Part shown: in pieces, positions 10,004-20,091 of the stretch | How positions within the stretch are numbered: the first letter of the stretch is position 1 | Layout of the letters: each line of letters begins with the position of its first letter | NCBI GenBank assembly: GCA_963723495.1 | Contig: CAVRQR010000015.1 | Span: forward strand, 34,323 to 98,322 | Source of the DNA: an uncultured Acidobacteriota bacterium | GTDB taxonomy: Bacteria; Acidobacteriota; Vicinamibacteria; Vicinamibacterales; UBA2999 | Direction: 5' to 3' | DNA length: 64,000 nucleotides | Notes under the pieces: model-generated | What the model was told of the DNA's origin: nothing | Database searches by the model: none | Seen by the model: the letters and a program-made list of their open reading frames with translations, nothing else | Position numbers and translations under genes: made by a program

Positions 10004-11181
10004 CTAGTCCCCTGGATCCGTGATTTCTAGGATAAGTCGAGTCATTGGCCGTGCAGCTGCTGAACGCGCACTCCGAATCGCCGCATGCTGTCGAGGATCT
10101 CGTCGGCGGTCTTCACCCATCTGAACGGTGTGCCGCGGTCGTTGTGCGCGTCGATGTACGCGAGGATGGCGGCGCGCAGCTGCGCGATGCTGGTGTGCGA
10201 TCCGCGCTTGAGGCTTTCTGTCAGCAATCCAAAGAACCGCTCCACCAGATTGAGCCACGACGCGTAGGTCGGGGTAAATGGAAGTGGACGCGGGGGGGCG
10301 AGCAACCACCGCTGCACCGGTGGCGCACGATGCGCGGAGAGATGGTCGAGGACGACGTGGATGCGAGCGCAGGCTCGACGGTCCCCGATCTCGCGCAGAA
10401 AGGCGACGAAATCCTGCGCCCGATGTTGGGGTTTGCAGCGGGCAATCACCTCGCCGGTCGCGACGTTCAGTGCGGCGAAGAGATCCAGGGTCCCGTGCCG
10501 CACGTAATTGTCAGTCCGTCGCTCGGGTTGGCCGAAGTCCATCGGCAGGATCGGTTGCGCGCGTTGCAGCGCCTGGATCTGCGACTTCTCGTCGACCGCG
10601 AAGACCACGGCATTCGCCGGCGGAGCCATGTACAAGCCCACCACGTCCCGGATCTTCTCGACGAGCTGCGATCCGGCGAGAGCTTGAAACTCTCCGTCCG
10701 ATGCGGCTGCAACCGGAACGTCCGCCAGATGCGTCCGACCATCGTATGACTGACGCCCGCCGCCTTCGCCATGGACCGGGTGCTCCAGTGCGTCTCGCCA
10801 GGCGGTGTCGTCTCAAGCGTCTTGACGATGATGGCCTCGACGTGCGCATCGGAGATCGTGCGTGGTGCGCCGACTCGCGGTTCGTCATACAACCCCTCGA
10901 GCCGGCGCTCGACGAATTGCCCGCGCCACTTCGCCACGGTTGTTTTCGTCGTCCGCAGTCGGCGCGCCACGGCCGTGTCCGAGGCATCGATACACGCCAA
11001 CACGATCCGGGCGCGAAACGCCACCGCGCGATTTACGCGGGCGCGCTTCGTCAATCGCACGAGCTCCGCGCGCTCGTCGTCGGTGACCACGACTTCGGCT
11101 CTGGGGCGTCCAATCTTTCGCATCCCCCTTTAGATCACACTCGGGCGGTTTGTCCTAGTAATTTCGTTTCCACGGGACTAG
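10004..11181 (-). mobile_element. IS630-family insertion sequence inserted at a CTAG target with TA duplication
   Basis: The terminal inverted repeats are GTCCCCTGGATCCGTGATTTCTAGGA (from 10007) and the reverse complement of 11153-11178, GTCCCGTGGAAACGAAATTACTAGGA. They match at about 23 of 30 positions by hand count. C-TA lies on the left (10004-10006) and TA-G on the right (11179-11181). Confidence 0.8.
10042..11123 (-). CDS. IS630-family DDE transposase (HTH N-terminus plus DDE domain) with one frame break near 10668-10672
   Basis: ORF 10467-11123 carries the HTH part: ERAELVRLTKRARVNRAVAFRARIVLA...TTVAKWRGQF. ORF 10042-10644 carries the DDE part: VVFAVDEKSQIQAL...HVVLDHLSAHRAP...TPTYASWLNLVERFF. 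The junction FKLSPD / (P)QLVEKIRDVVGLYM lacks one base. No obvious slippery site is present. Confidence 0.85.
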
Positions 11182-11391
11182 CAAGTCCTGACTCGGCGGC
11201 CAAGTCTGATCTTTCGGGACGTGCCATATCTCGAGGCATGTGCGGCACTGGAACAAATCGGCGCCGGGAAGGCGTAGGACATACCCGAGATCTTTCACTG
11301 CCTGGCTGTTGCAATACGGGCAGTGTGTCCGCGCGTTCGGCACTCCGGAGATACCTCCAAGGCGAACACGGAACTGCAAACCACGCGTCAC
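11155..11391 (-). pseudogene. small zinc-ribbon ORF whose 3' end is displaced by the IS630 insertion
   Basis: MTRGLQFRV...HCPYCNSQAVKDLGYVLRLPGADLFQCRTCLEIWHV has two CxxC pairs. The reading frame runs into the IS end at 11181. If the IS is removed, the frame continues into 10003-9880. Confidence 0.4.
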
Positions 11392-11418
11392 GAAATCCCG
11401 CGCACTGATACGCAGCTT

Positions 11419-12006
11419 TCACGGGGAGGTCTGCCTCGACCCAGACGCTGTTCTCGCGGCTCTGGCAAATCTCAGTGACCCGAAGCCCGACTCGAGTACC
11501 TGAAGGACCGAATAGACCTTCTCGCCCTGCAGCTTTGCCTGTCCTTTCAGGAACATCAGCTCGATCAGGAACGCCAGTCCGTGCAGCTCGCCCCCGAGGT
11601 GCCGCACCAGGCGCGCGGCGGCGGCCGCCGTCCCACCCGTCGCCAGGACATCGTCGACAATCAACACGCGTTGCCCACGTTGCACGGCGTCTTCGTGAAT
11701 CTCGAGCGCGTCGGTGCCGTACTCGAGCTCGTAGATCTCTTTCACCGATTTCGCCGGCAGCTTTCCGGGCTTGCGAATAGGGACGAACCCCGCGCCCAGA
11801 CGCTTGGCCACCGCGCTCCCCAGGATGAAGCCGCGGCTCTCGATGCCGACCACGAGCTCGATGGAGGCGTTCGCGTACGGCTCCGCCAGCCGGTCGATGG
11901 TCACACGGAGACCCTCGGGGTGTCTCAGCAGCGTCGTGATGTCGTAGAAGAGGATGCCCGCCTTCGGGAAGTCGGGGACGTGTCGGATGTGTTGTTTGAG
12001 ATCCAT
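11419..12006 (-). CDS. apt: adenine phosphoribosyltransferase
   Basis: [25 protein letters not shown] and the PRPP motif [13 protein letters not shown]. Confidence 0.9.
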   Translation of the reverse strand: MDLKQHIRHVPDFPKAGILFYDITTLLRHPEGLRVTIDRLAEPYANASIELVVGIESRGFILGSAVAKRLGAGFVPIRKPGKLPAKSVKEIYELEYGTDALEIHEDAVQRGQRVLIVDDVLATGGTAAAAARLVRHLGGELHGLAFLIELMFLKGQAKLQGEKVYSVLQVLESGFGSLRFARAARTASGSRQTSP

Positions 12007-12038
12007 TCAGTCTCTTGTTCCTGGGTTCCGGTCCGCTG

Positions 12039-12314
12039 TTACGACGTGACCGAGAAGGTGTCGTACGCCCCGCTCACGTCCTCGGCGTCGACCGTCACCG
12101 TCTCGACCCGCGCTCCACGCGGGCCTGACCGCAACGCGCGCTCGACTCGTGTGACCGCTTCGATATCACCTTCGACGTGCGCCTCGACGCGGCCGTCGGG
12201 AAGGTTTCGCACCCAGCCCGTGGCGCCTTCTCGCAACGCCCATTCCTGGGCGAAGTACCTGAAGCCCACGCCCTGCACACGACCACTGACCACGAAGCGG
12301 CGGGCCACCAGCAT
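12039..12314 (-). CDS. acyP: acylphosphatase
   Basis: A 91-aa protein with [13 protein letters not shown] and [12 protein letters not shown] motifs. Confidence 0.85.
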   Translation of the reverse strand: MLVARRFVVSGRVQGVGFRYFAQEWALREGATGWVRNLPDGRVEAHVEGDIEAVTRVERALRSGPRGARVETVTVDAEDVSGAYDTFSVTS

Positions 12315-12400
12315 GAAAACACGAAATTATAACGTGCTCTGACAGCCCGTTGCAGACGCCACGGGCAGCGAGAACACAAAGGCGAGTCTCACCACGGCTC

Positions 12401-12871
12401 CTAGAGTCCGAGTCCTCGAAAGAGCTCGCGACCTCCGGGCATCCCGGGCCATGGAATGGACAGCAGCAGGGCAACCATGGCGAGACCGATGAAGATGAGC
12501 ACGGTGCGGTGACGCGCCGCTGCCTCACTCGCCTTGCGCACGCGCGCACGCCCGATGTGTGTGAGCGCGACGGCGACGAGCATGCCCGTGAGGTGCTCGA
12601 CGACGAAGAAGCGCAGGATCGGATCGCGCATGGTCAGCCGCAGGTCGGCAAACCCTGACTCGGTGACCGGGCTGAGAAAGACGTACAGGATCAACCCGAT
12701 CAGCAACTGCACATCCAGGGTCGTGCCGAAGATGACGAGACGGAGGTTGTCCACGGGCAGCCACGCCCGCCGTGTCGACACACCACCGACTGCCCCACCG
12801 AGCGCGGCGAGACCGCTCAGGATAACGAGCCAACGAAGCCACGAGTGGATGAAGAGCAGAGCCGTGTACAT
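12401..12871 (-). CDS. integral membrane protein, unknown function
   Basis: About four hydrophobic helices in 156 aa. No diagnostic motif. Confidence 0.5.
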   Translation of the reverse strand: MYTALLFIHSWLRWLVILSGLAALGGAVGGVSTRRAWLPVDNLRLVIFGTTLDVQLLIGLILYVFLSPVTESGFADLRLTMRDPILRFFVVEHLTGMLVAVALTHIGRARVRKASEAAARHRTVLIFIGLAMVALLLSIPWPGMPGGRELFRGLGL

Positions 12872-12925
12872 GACGGCATTCTAGCCGGTCGCGCCGGTGG
12901 CGTGAGATCCGAGAGTTGGCGCGAG

Positions 12926-13282
12926 CTACAGGGTGACGGACAGCAGGGCGAACCAGGGCACGACCGCGAACACGAGATACACGAGCGTGAGGACCGCCAC
13001 GAGTCGGTGGTGCGCCGTCATATACAGCACCACACCACACATCACGGCGAACAACTTCGCTGCCGTGAAGCCCACGGCTGGTCCGAGCGCGGCGAGATAC
13101 CACGCGACGAGCGGATTCGCCTCGATGTCCGGGCCATGCAGTGACACACCCACGTAGGACAGTGCGCCGTCGAGCGCCTGGACGGTGACAAAGGCAAGCC
13201 AGAGGATCTGGGGGCCCGACAGCCCTCGCTTGCCGAGAAGCGGTCGGTCAACGCCTGGGAGCGCAACGGGCACGGATGCCAT
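12926..13282 (-). CDS. membrane protein, DUF5658-like
   Basis: A small polytopic protein with an EANPL motif between helices, as in DUF5658. This is assigned from memory of the family and was not searched. Confidence 0.45.
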   Translation of the reverse strand: MASVPVALPGVDRPLLGKRGLSGPQILWLAFVTVQALDGALSYVGVSLHGPDIEANPLVAWYLAALGPAVGFTAAKLFAVMCGVVLYMTAHHRLVAVLTLVYLVFAVVPWFALLSVTL

Positions 13283-13300
13283 GGTCGAAACCCTTTAGGC

Positions 13301-13325
13301 AAAGAAAACGCCAGCAAAATGGCGT
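13301..13325 (-). terminator. possible intrinsic terminator downstream of the ABC permease
   Basis: The minus strand reads ACGCCA-TTTTGC-TGGCGT followed by TTTCTTT. It sits only about 20 nt upstream of the next start codon, so it could instead be an attenuator. Confidence 0.3.
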
Positions 13326-13488
13326 GGGATCGCGAGTCGTCGGGAGCCAAAAGGTCACCGTCGAGCTGATTTATGTCTTCAGGAGCGGGTTCAACTGACC
13401 GGTGACACAACGCGCCACCATGCGCACGTTCCTGATCGCGGCGCTACGATACGCCAGATCGCCCGAGCGGATCCAACGACTCGATCTC

Positions 13489-14235
13489 TCAGATTTGAAT
13501 CCTCGAGAAGGCCCACGCGCCGAGGACCAGGAACCCGGAGGCGACGATGGTCAGCACGGAGAGATTCGTCACGACTCCGAACTGCGTCGTACCAATCAGC
13601 GCGCCACGCAGGCCGTCGACCCCGTACGAGAGCGGATCGACTCGCGTGGCCAGCGTGAGCGCCGTCGGCAGATTGTTTAACGGGAACAGCGCCCCCGAGA
13701 GAAAGAAGATCGGCATCACCAGAAAGTTCATGATCAGTTGAAAGCCCTGCATGTCTTTCAGCGACGATCCGATTGCCGTACCGAGTCCGGCAAACACCAG
13801 CCCCATGAGCAGCATGAAGACGACGGCGAGCGGCAGGGCCGCCAGACTGTAGGGCCTGAACCCGGCCACCATGCAGACGAGCAGAATCAAGGTTCCCTGA
13901 ATCGAGGCGATCGTGGCGCCGCCCAGCGTCCGACCGAGCATGATCTGCAGTCGCGGCACCGGCGCAACGAGCGTTTCCTTGAGGAAGCCGAACTGCCGAT
14001 CCCACAGGAGGCCGATGCCGGAAAAGATCGACGTGAACAGAATCGCCATCCCGACGACGCCAGGGGCGATGAACTGGAGATAACTCCCCTGCCCCGACTG
14101 CTCGAAGACAGGACCGAGCCCGAAGCCGAGCACGAGCAGGTACAACAGCGGCTGCGCAATCGATCCGATGATCTGTGGCCGCGACCGCAGATAGCGCTTC
14201 ACTTCACGCAGCCAGAGATAGTAGACGACGGTCAC
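13489..14235 (-). CDS. ABC-2 type transporter permease
   Basis: A 248-aa protein with six predicted TM segments. It lies immediately downstream of an ABC ATPase, with a 3-nt gap. Confidence 0.75.
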   Translation of the reverse strand: MTVVYYLWLREVKRYLRSRPQIIGSIAQPLLYLLVLGFGLGPVFEQSGQGSYLQFIAPGVVGMAILFTSIFSGIGLLWDRQFGFLKETLVAPVPRLQIMLGRTLGGATIASIQGTLILLVCMVAGFRPYSLAALPLAVVFMLLMGLVFAGLGTAIGSSLKDMQGFQLIMNFLVMPIFFLSGALFPLNNLPTALTLATRVDPLSYGVDGLRGALIGTTQFGVVTNLSVLTIVASGFLVLGAWAFSRIQI

Positions 14236-14238
14236 GGC

Positions 14239-15025
14239 TCATCTCCTCCACATTCTCGCCATCTGGCGCATCTGTTCGGCGGCATCGGCGCGCTCGTCCC
14301 GGATGGTCGAACCGGTCAACGCCAGGAACGCGCCTTCGAGCGAATCGGCGCCTGTCTGTTGTTTGAGTGACGTCGCCGTTCCCTGCGCGACGATACGCCC
14401 ATGATCGATGATCGCGATGCGGTGGGCCGTGCGTTCGGCCTCGTCCATGTAGTGGGTCGTGAGAAAGACGGTGACACCTTCCGTCTCATTGAGGTGCTTG
14501 ACGTGCGTCCACAACTGATTCCGGCTCTGGGGGTCGAGGCCGAGCGTCGGCTCGTCCAGGAACAGAATCTTCGGAGTGTGCAAGCAGTCCGCGTGCGATC
14601 TCGAGTCGTCGTTTCATGCCGCCGGAGAACGTCTTCACCATTGAGTCTCGACGATCCCAGAGCTCGAACAGCGTCAGGAGCGTGTGAATGCGCTCGACGC
14701 GAACCTTCCGCGGCACGTGGTACAGCGCACCATGCAGGTCCATGTTCTCGTACGCCGTGAGCTCGACGTCGAGGCTGGGATCCTGGAACACGATGCCGAA
14801 ACGGCTGCGTGCCTGCAGCGGCTGCACCGCCGGATCCAGACCATCCAGCGTCATCGTCCCGCTCGTCGGGCGCTGCAGCGTGGTGAGCATCTGAATCGTG
14901 GTCGTCTTGCCGGCGCCATTGGGGCCGAGGAACGCGAAGATTTCTCCCGCGGAGACATCGAACGAAATGCCATCCACGGCCTTGACCTCGCCAAAGGTCT
15001 TGACCAGGTTCTCAACGTGAATCAT
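14239..15025 (-). CDS. ABC transporter ATP-binding protein, one apparent frame break near 14580
   Basis: Walker A GPNGAGKTT and signature FSGGMKRRLEIARGLL lie in ORF 14486-15025. Walker B KILFLDEPTLGLD and the rest lie in ORF 14239-14583. One extra base sits at the junction LL(H)TPKILF. Confidence 0.85.
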
Positions 15026-15252
15026 GGGGGGTGACTCTCCTGTGGGGTCGAACGACGAAGCGTACTACTGCTGACCTCGGCAAGCGACCATCACGTCATG
15101 CGCGGAGGACGTCGGACGCGATCATTCAACCAGCAATGCTCGCCGTAACCTACTCTACCGTAGCCACTTCAGCGGCAAAAGGTGGCTGTGGCAGGGCCTT
15201 TGCCTATTAGCTGGTGCAGAAGGCTCCCCAGTCTTCGACAACGGAGGGGGAC

Positions 15253-15666
15253 GTGAAATCGCTGCTATCACTCACGATCGCCGGCATTCTGCTGAGCGGA
15301 ACAGTGTTCGTCGAACGTGCTGAAGCGGGAGACAAGCGGAAGGGACGCGGACGCTACGAACATGGTGACTACTACCGAGGTGACCACTACTACCGCGGGG
15401 ATCGCTACTTCCATGGGCATGACGTAGTGGTGATACGTGAGTACTACCGTCCTTACCACCGGCCGCTGCCTCCGGGGCTGCAGCGTCGCTACTATCGGAC
15501 CGGATATCTGCCGCCGGGATGGGCGAAGCGGATGCGTCCGGTCCCGGTCTATGTCGAGCGCGAACTCATGGTGGTTCCGCACGGCTATCATCGCGGAGTG
15601 ATCGATGGCCACGCCGTGGTCTACAACGATCGCGGGTTCCTTCTCGACGTGGCGGTCCTGTTCTGA
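15253..15666 (+). CDS. secreted His/Tyr/Arg/Gly/Asp-rich protein, RcnB/CigR-like C-terminus
   Basis: A GTG follows GGAGGGGG. Signal peptide KSLLSLTIAGILLSGTVFVERAEA. The low-complexity segment is GDYYRGDHYYRGDRYFHGHD, followed by LPPGLQRR...LPPGWAKR. The family call is from memory. Confidence 0.45.
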   Translation: MKSLLSLTIAGILLSGTVFVERAEAGDKRKGRGRYEHGDYYRGDHYYRGDRYFHGHDVVVIREYYRPYHRPLPPGLQRRYYRTGYLPPGWAKRMRPVPVYVERELMVVPHGYHRGVIDGHAVVYNDRGFLLDVAVLF

Positions 15667-15668
15667 AG

Positions 15669-16076
15669 ATGAAGAACTGCGTGGACACGAGGTGCTATAT
15701 GAACGGATCCATCTTCAAGCGTGTCGGTCTCCTCTTTCTTCTGATCGGAGCGGCGTCGTCGGCAGCGTGTGCGAGCCGGTCGATCAACCAGGTGCTGGCC
15801 GACCCGAGTCGCTACACGAACAAAGAGGTGAAACTGTCCGGCAGCGTCGTTGACAGTTACTCGATGGTTGGACGCGGCGTGTATCAGTTGGACGACAACA
15901 CCGGACGGCTTTGGATTGTGTCTGACACTGGCGTGCCGCGCAAAGGCGCCCGTGTGAACGTCAAGGGCACCGTGCGCGAGGGCTTCAGCCTGGGCTCGTT
16001 CGGCGACCGGCTGAAGTTGCCACAGGCGCTTGGCTCCGGCCTCGTGCTGTTGGAGTCGTCGCACGAGGCGAAGTAG
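15669..16076 (+). CDS. lipoprotein, unknown function
   Basis: The lipobox-like LLIGAASSAAC follows a hydrophobic N-terminus. The start could alternatively be at 15700. Confidence 0.5.
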   Translation: MKNCVDTRCYMNGSIFKRVGLLFLLIGAASSAACASRSINQVLADPSRYTNKEVKLSGSVVDSYSMVGRGVYQLDDNTGRLWIVSDTGVPRKGARVNVKGTVREGFSLGSFGDRLKLPQALGSGLVLLESSHEAK

Positions 16077-16149
16077 CCAGCGTCACGCCCATGCCCAGCG
16101 GACGGTCGCAGTGCCGCGGTCTACGCCTGCGTCCGCGTCCGGTCCATGA

Positions 16150-16659
16150 CTACATCAGGGACGATGGCGGGGTGAGGAGGTACTGCTGATCGCGGAGCTC
16201 CCGCCTGAGCCGCGCGTGCGTCTGCCGCCAGGGCTCGAAGTGCTTGGCGATCATGGTCAGCAGGCGAGCCCTTTTGGTGGCTCTTGCGCTGCCGGCGGCA
16301 CGCATGAAAAAGCCGGCTCCAAGCTCGGCGTACCAGCGGATGTCATGGCGACCGCGCATCTGATCCTCGAAAAAGCCGGTGAGCAACAGACACTGCGCAC
16401 CGGCAGTCTCCATCAGGTGAGCGTCCGGCGGCGTCGAGGTATTGAAGACGAAGTTGTCGAAAACGGCACTCAGATTGGCCGGCGCCGGCATCTCGAGCTC
16501 CGCGCCGGTGGAGACTTGGGCGTAGTGCGCGAGGACGCTGGCGTTGTACAACAGCTCCTGTCGATCGACTCCGGGCGACGAGACGTCCTGCAGACCCGTG
16601 ACGAAGAACTCGAGCGCGCGCTGTTGATCGACGGCGAGCAGTTCCTGCAGCGGCTCCAT
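16150..16659 (-). CDS. hypothetical protein
   Basis: Internal Met (MEPLQELL) of ORF 16150-16770. No motif recognised. Confidence 0.4.
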   Translation of the reverse strand: MEPLQELLAVDQQRALEFFVTGLQDVSSPGVDRQELLYNASVLAHYAQVSTGAELEMPAPANLSAVFDNFVFNTSTPPDAHLMETAGAQCLLLTGFFEDQMRGRHDIRWYAELGAGFFMRAAGSARATKRARLLTMIAKHFEPWRQTHARLRRELRDQQYLLTPPSSLM

Positions 16660-16872
16660 GCCACCTCCTGACGGACTCCGGAGTGCAGTCCCCAACCGGG
16701 TATGTACCAGCCCATCGGCAGCTCGATGCGAGGACTTTACCCGTTGTACCCTGCACTTCTGAGCTGGCAAGAATCCGGCCAGCAGGATTGCGCCTGATTG
16801 TGCATGCCAACACGGCGGGTGTGTGCGTCTCCGTGGAGAAATGTCCTGCCGTAGCGCACCCTGTGTCCCGAT

Positions 16873-17517
16873 TCAGACCGACTTTTCCAGTTCTTCCAGC
16901 AGTGCGACGAATTCGGCGAGCACCATCGCTGTCGCACCCCATACGCGTGTGTCGAGCAGATCGAAGTACGGAACCTTCATGACGCCTTCCGCAGGACGAA
17001 GGCGTGCTCGCTCCTCCCACAACACTCTCTCCGGCTCGCGCAGAAGGGGCAGTGGGACCTCGAGCAACCGGTCCACCTCGTGAGACGCGACGCTGAAATT
17101 CGGCCGCTCGGAGGCAAAGCCGACCACCGGATGAAGCAGATGCCCGCTCACGAATACCGGCAGCGAGGTGAGCCGGCCTAATACTTCGACGTCCGACGGA
17201 AGCACGCCGACCTCTTCATGCGCTTCGCGCAGTGCGGCCTGCTCGACGGACTCGCCGGCATCGAGTCGTCCACCCGGCAGTGACACTTGCCCGGTGTGGT
17301 GACGCAACGCCGATCCGCGCACGGTGAGCGGCACATGCCACGTATCCTCGTGCGGGTAGATCAGAAGAAGCGCGGCCGCTGGCCGCAGCGTGGCGACATC
17401 TACGCCGGAATCGGCGCCAAGGCGGGGACGAGGCGACATTCGTGACTGCGCATCGAAGCCAGGAAGCGGTGAGGCCAGACGGCGACGGAGGACCTCCGGA
17501 AAGGCGCTGTCGTTCAC
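16873..17517 (-). CDS. NUDIX hydrolase, CoA pyrophosphatase-like
   Basis: Nudix box GGRLDAGESVEQAALREAHEEVGV, preceded by HTGQVSLPGG as in the NudL/CoA pyrophosphatase group. Confidence 0.8.
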   Translation of the reverse strand: MNDSAFPEVLRRRLASPLPGFDAQSRMSPRPRLGADSGVDVATLRPAAALLLIYPHEDTWHVPLTVRGSALRHHTGQVSLPGGRLDAGESVEQAALREAHEEVGVLPSDVEVLGRLTSLPVFVSGHLLHPVVGFASERPNFSVASHEVDRLLEVPLPLLREPERVLWEERARLRPAEGVMKVPYFDLLDTRVWGATAMVLAEFVALLEELEKSV

Positions 17518-17583
17518 TCCTCTATCTTCCCCTTTCCAGGGTTTCCGCTTCGCGCGAAGGCGGGCGTTGACCGCCGGTTCCCG

Positions 17584-18580
17584 TTGCCTTCAGACTATGC
17601 GGGCGTGTCCACGAACGTGAATCGGCCCGTCTTGACTCGACGCAAATTCATGGTGACCGGTGCCGCCGCCGGCATCGGCGGTGCTGCCTGGCTGAGTGTG
17701 TCATCGTCATGGGGCGCCCGATTCGTCCGGCAGCGCCTCGAGGAGCTTGGCCGCGACATCCCTCCCGCGCCACACAAACCCATTCCGGCCACGTGGTCCG
17801 ACAACGCAGTCACCCTCGCGTGGCTTGGGCATGCAACGGTCCTGATCAACTTCTACGGCGTGCGCATCCTGACCGATCCCACACTGTATTCACGCATCGG
17901 CGTCGATCTCGGCGTCGGAACTCTGGGACCGCTGAGGCTCGTCCAGTGTGCGCTGTCGCCTGACGAACTTCCCGAGATCGATCTCGTCCTCGTGTCGCAC
18001 GCGCACTTCGATCATCTCGATACAGCATCACTTGGTTCGATTCGCGGCATGCCTGCGGCGGTGATGGCAGCGGAGACCTCCGACCTGTTGCCACGGCGGC
18101 CCTTCTCCTCAGTTCGTGAACTTCGCTGGAACGAAACCGCCACCGTCACGACGCCGCGTGGCGACGTCGTCGTCCGGGCGATCGAGGTGCAAGCACTGGG
18201 GCGCCCGGATTCGTCGAGATACGTGGCGTGGCTACACCGGTTGGATCGTCGAACGCGAAGGCCGCCGTCTCCTGATTGGCGGAGATACCGCGGGCACGCC
18301 CGTGTTCGAGGGCTATCGCCGATTCGGTCCGTTCGACGCGGCGGTCATGCCCATCGGGGCGTACAACCCGTGGATCTACAACCACTGCACACCCGAACAG
18401 GCGGTCACCATGGCCGATGCAGCGGGCGCCCGCCTGATCGTGCCCGTGCACCATCAGTCATTTCGACTGAGCAACGAGCCGGTCATGGAACCGATCGAGC
18501 GCATCCAGGAAGCGCTCTCGAAAGAGAGTGACCGGCTCGCGCTCCGCGAGATCGGGCAGACCATCGTCGTGCGGAGCTGA
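17584..18580 (+). CDS. MBL-fold metallo-hydrolase with Tat-like signal, one apparent frame break near 18200
   Basis: TRRKFMVTGAAAGIGGAAW and LVSHAHFDHLD lie in ORF 17584-18531. The continuation GYTGWIVEREGRRLLIGGDT...VPVHHQSFRLS lies in ORF 18116-18580. The start codon is uncertain (TTG or GTG). Confidence 0.75.
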
Positions 18581-18590
18581 CGAACCGCCG

Positions 18591-19818
18591 ATGCGATGCA
18601 GCCGCCGAGACGTGCTGCTGGCCGCAACCAGCACCGTATTCGCTCCCCTGCTGCTGCCCTTCCGCGCTGCTGCCACTCCCCAACTGCGCGTGACCGGGTT
18701 CGATCTCCTGGCCATTCGCGCCACGAGTCGAACCGTGTGGCTCGTCGTACGACTCAGGACCGATGCCGGGCTCGTGGGGCTCGGTGAAGCGTCCGATGCA
18801 TTCGGCTTTGCCAACACCACGGCCGAGGATACCGCTCGGATGCGCTCGCAGCTTTCGGCGTTTTTCGATCTGATCAACGGCCACTCACCATTCGAGATCG
18901 AATCCTACCGGCAGCGCGGCGAGGCTATGGCGCGACAAGGGCTCGTGGCGGCGACCGCGTTCAGCTCGATCGAGCAGGCGTTGTGGGATCTGGCGGGCCA
19001 GGCGCTCGACGTGCCGTCGCACGTCCTCCTTGGAGGCAAGACCCGAGCGGCACTGCCCGTCTACGCGAACATCAACCGCGCCACAAATCCTCGTACTCCC
19101 GACGGCTTTGCCGCAGCGGCAACGCGAGCCGTCGCCGACGGGTTTCGTGCGATCAAAGCCGCGCCCTGGGACGGGTTTCCCCCTCCACGCTCACCCGAGA
19201 GCGAGATTGCGCGCGCGATCGACACCGGTGTCGCAGCGGTGGCGGCCATGCGGGAGGCGGTCGGTTCGCGAATCGCTGTCATGGTCGACTGTCACAGCTT
19301 CTTCGACGTCGAGCAGGCCGTGCGTCTGGCCGCGAGGCTCGAACCGTACAAGTTGACGTGGTACGAGGAGCCGGTCCCGCCCGAGAGAGTCGACGACACA
19401 CTCGCTATCAAGCAGCGGATTCGGCAGCCCATGGCCGGTGGGGAGATTCTCTTCGGCCTCTCCGGGTTCGCGCCTCTGATCCGTCGCCGCGCCGTCGACA
19501 CGATCATGCCTGACGTGAAGCACTGCGGCGGCCTGCTCGAACTGACGCGCATCGCCGCGATGGCGGCCGATGAAGGCGTGATGGTCGCACCGCACAATCC
19601 CAGTGGACCGGTGTCGACGGCGGCGAGCGTCCAGGCCTGTGCCGGGATGAAGAACGTCAACTACCTCGAGCTGCAGTACCGGAGAAACGAGCTGGCGGTC
19701 CGACGTGCTGGACCCGCCCGAGCGATTCATCGACGGTTCCATTCAAGTACCAGACCGACCCGGCTTTGGCGTCACACTGCGGGAAGACGTCATTCGCACT
19801 CGCTCACTTCCGCTGTGA
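18591..19818 (+). CDS. enolase-superfamily (mandelate racemase/muconate lactonizing enzyme-like) protein, C-terminal frame break near 19690
   Basis: GLVGLGEASD, KAAPWD, MVDCHSFF and WYEEPVPPE fit the metal-ligand region pattern. My translation of the next frame gives WRSDVLDPPERFIDGSIQVPDRPGFGVTLREDVIRTRSLPL and ends at 19818. The N-terminus is Tat-like (SRRDVLLAA). Confidence 0.75.
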
Positions 19819-20035
19819 ACGATCCGAACGCGCGCTCTTTGCGCTGATTGCCGAAGGCGAACATCGCCCGCCGATGGGCGATCTGCCGGGGACTCAGCAG
19901 CACGCTGGCCAGGCGTTCCCGAAATGGCGTGGCGACGGTTGCCACCGTCTCCTCGCCTACCTTCTCGGAACGCTGCCGATTCCGTTCCGAACGAAAGGTC
20001 TCGAAGCAGATGACGTTGGAAGCGGACATCTTCAT
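19790..20035 (-). CDS. hypothetical small protein
   Basis: GGAGG lies upstream of MKMSASNVICFETFRSERNRQ. It sits between pssA and the enolase-like gene. No motif recognised. Confidence 0.25.
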   Translation of the reverse strand: MKMSASNVICFETFRSERNRQRSEKVGEETVATVATPFRERLASVLLSPRQIAHRRAMFAFGNQRKERAFGSFTAEVSECE

Positions 20036-20091
20036 CCTCCACGTCCATGGTGGCAGAGGGGTGTGACAGACCAGGTCACACCGCCGCGAAA

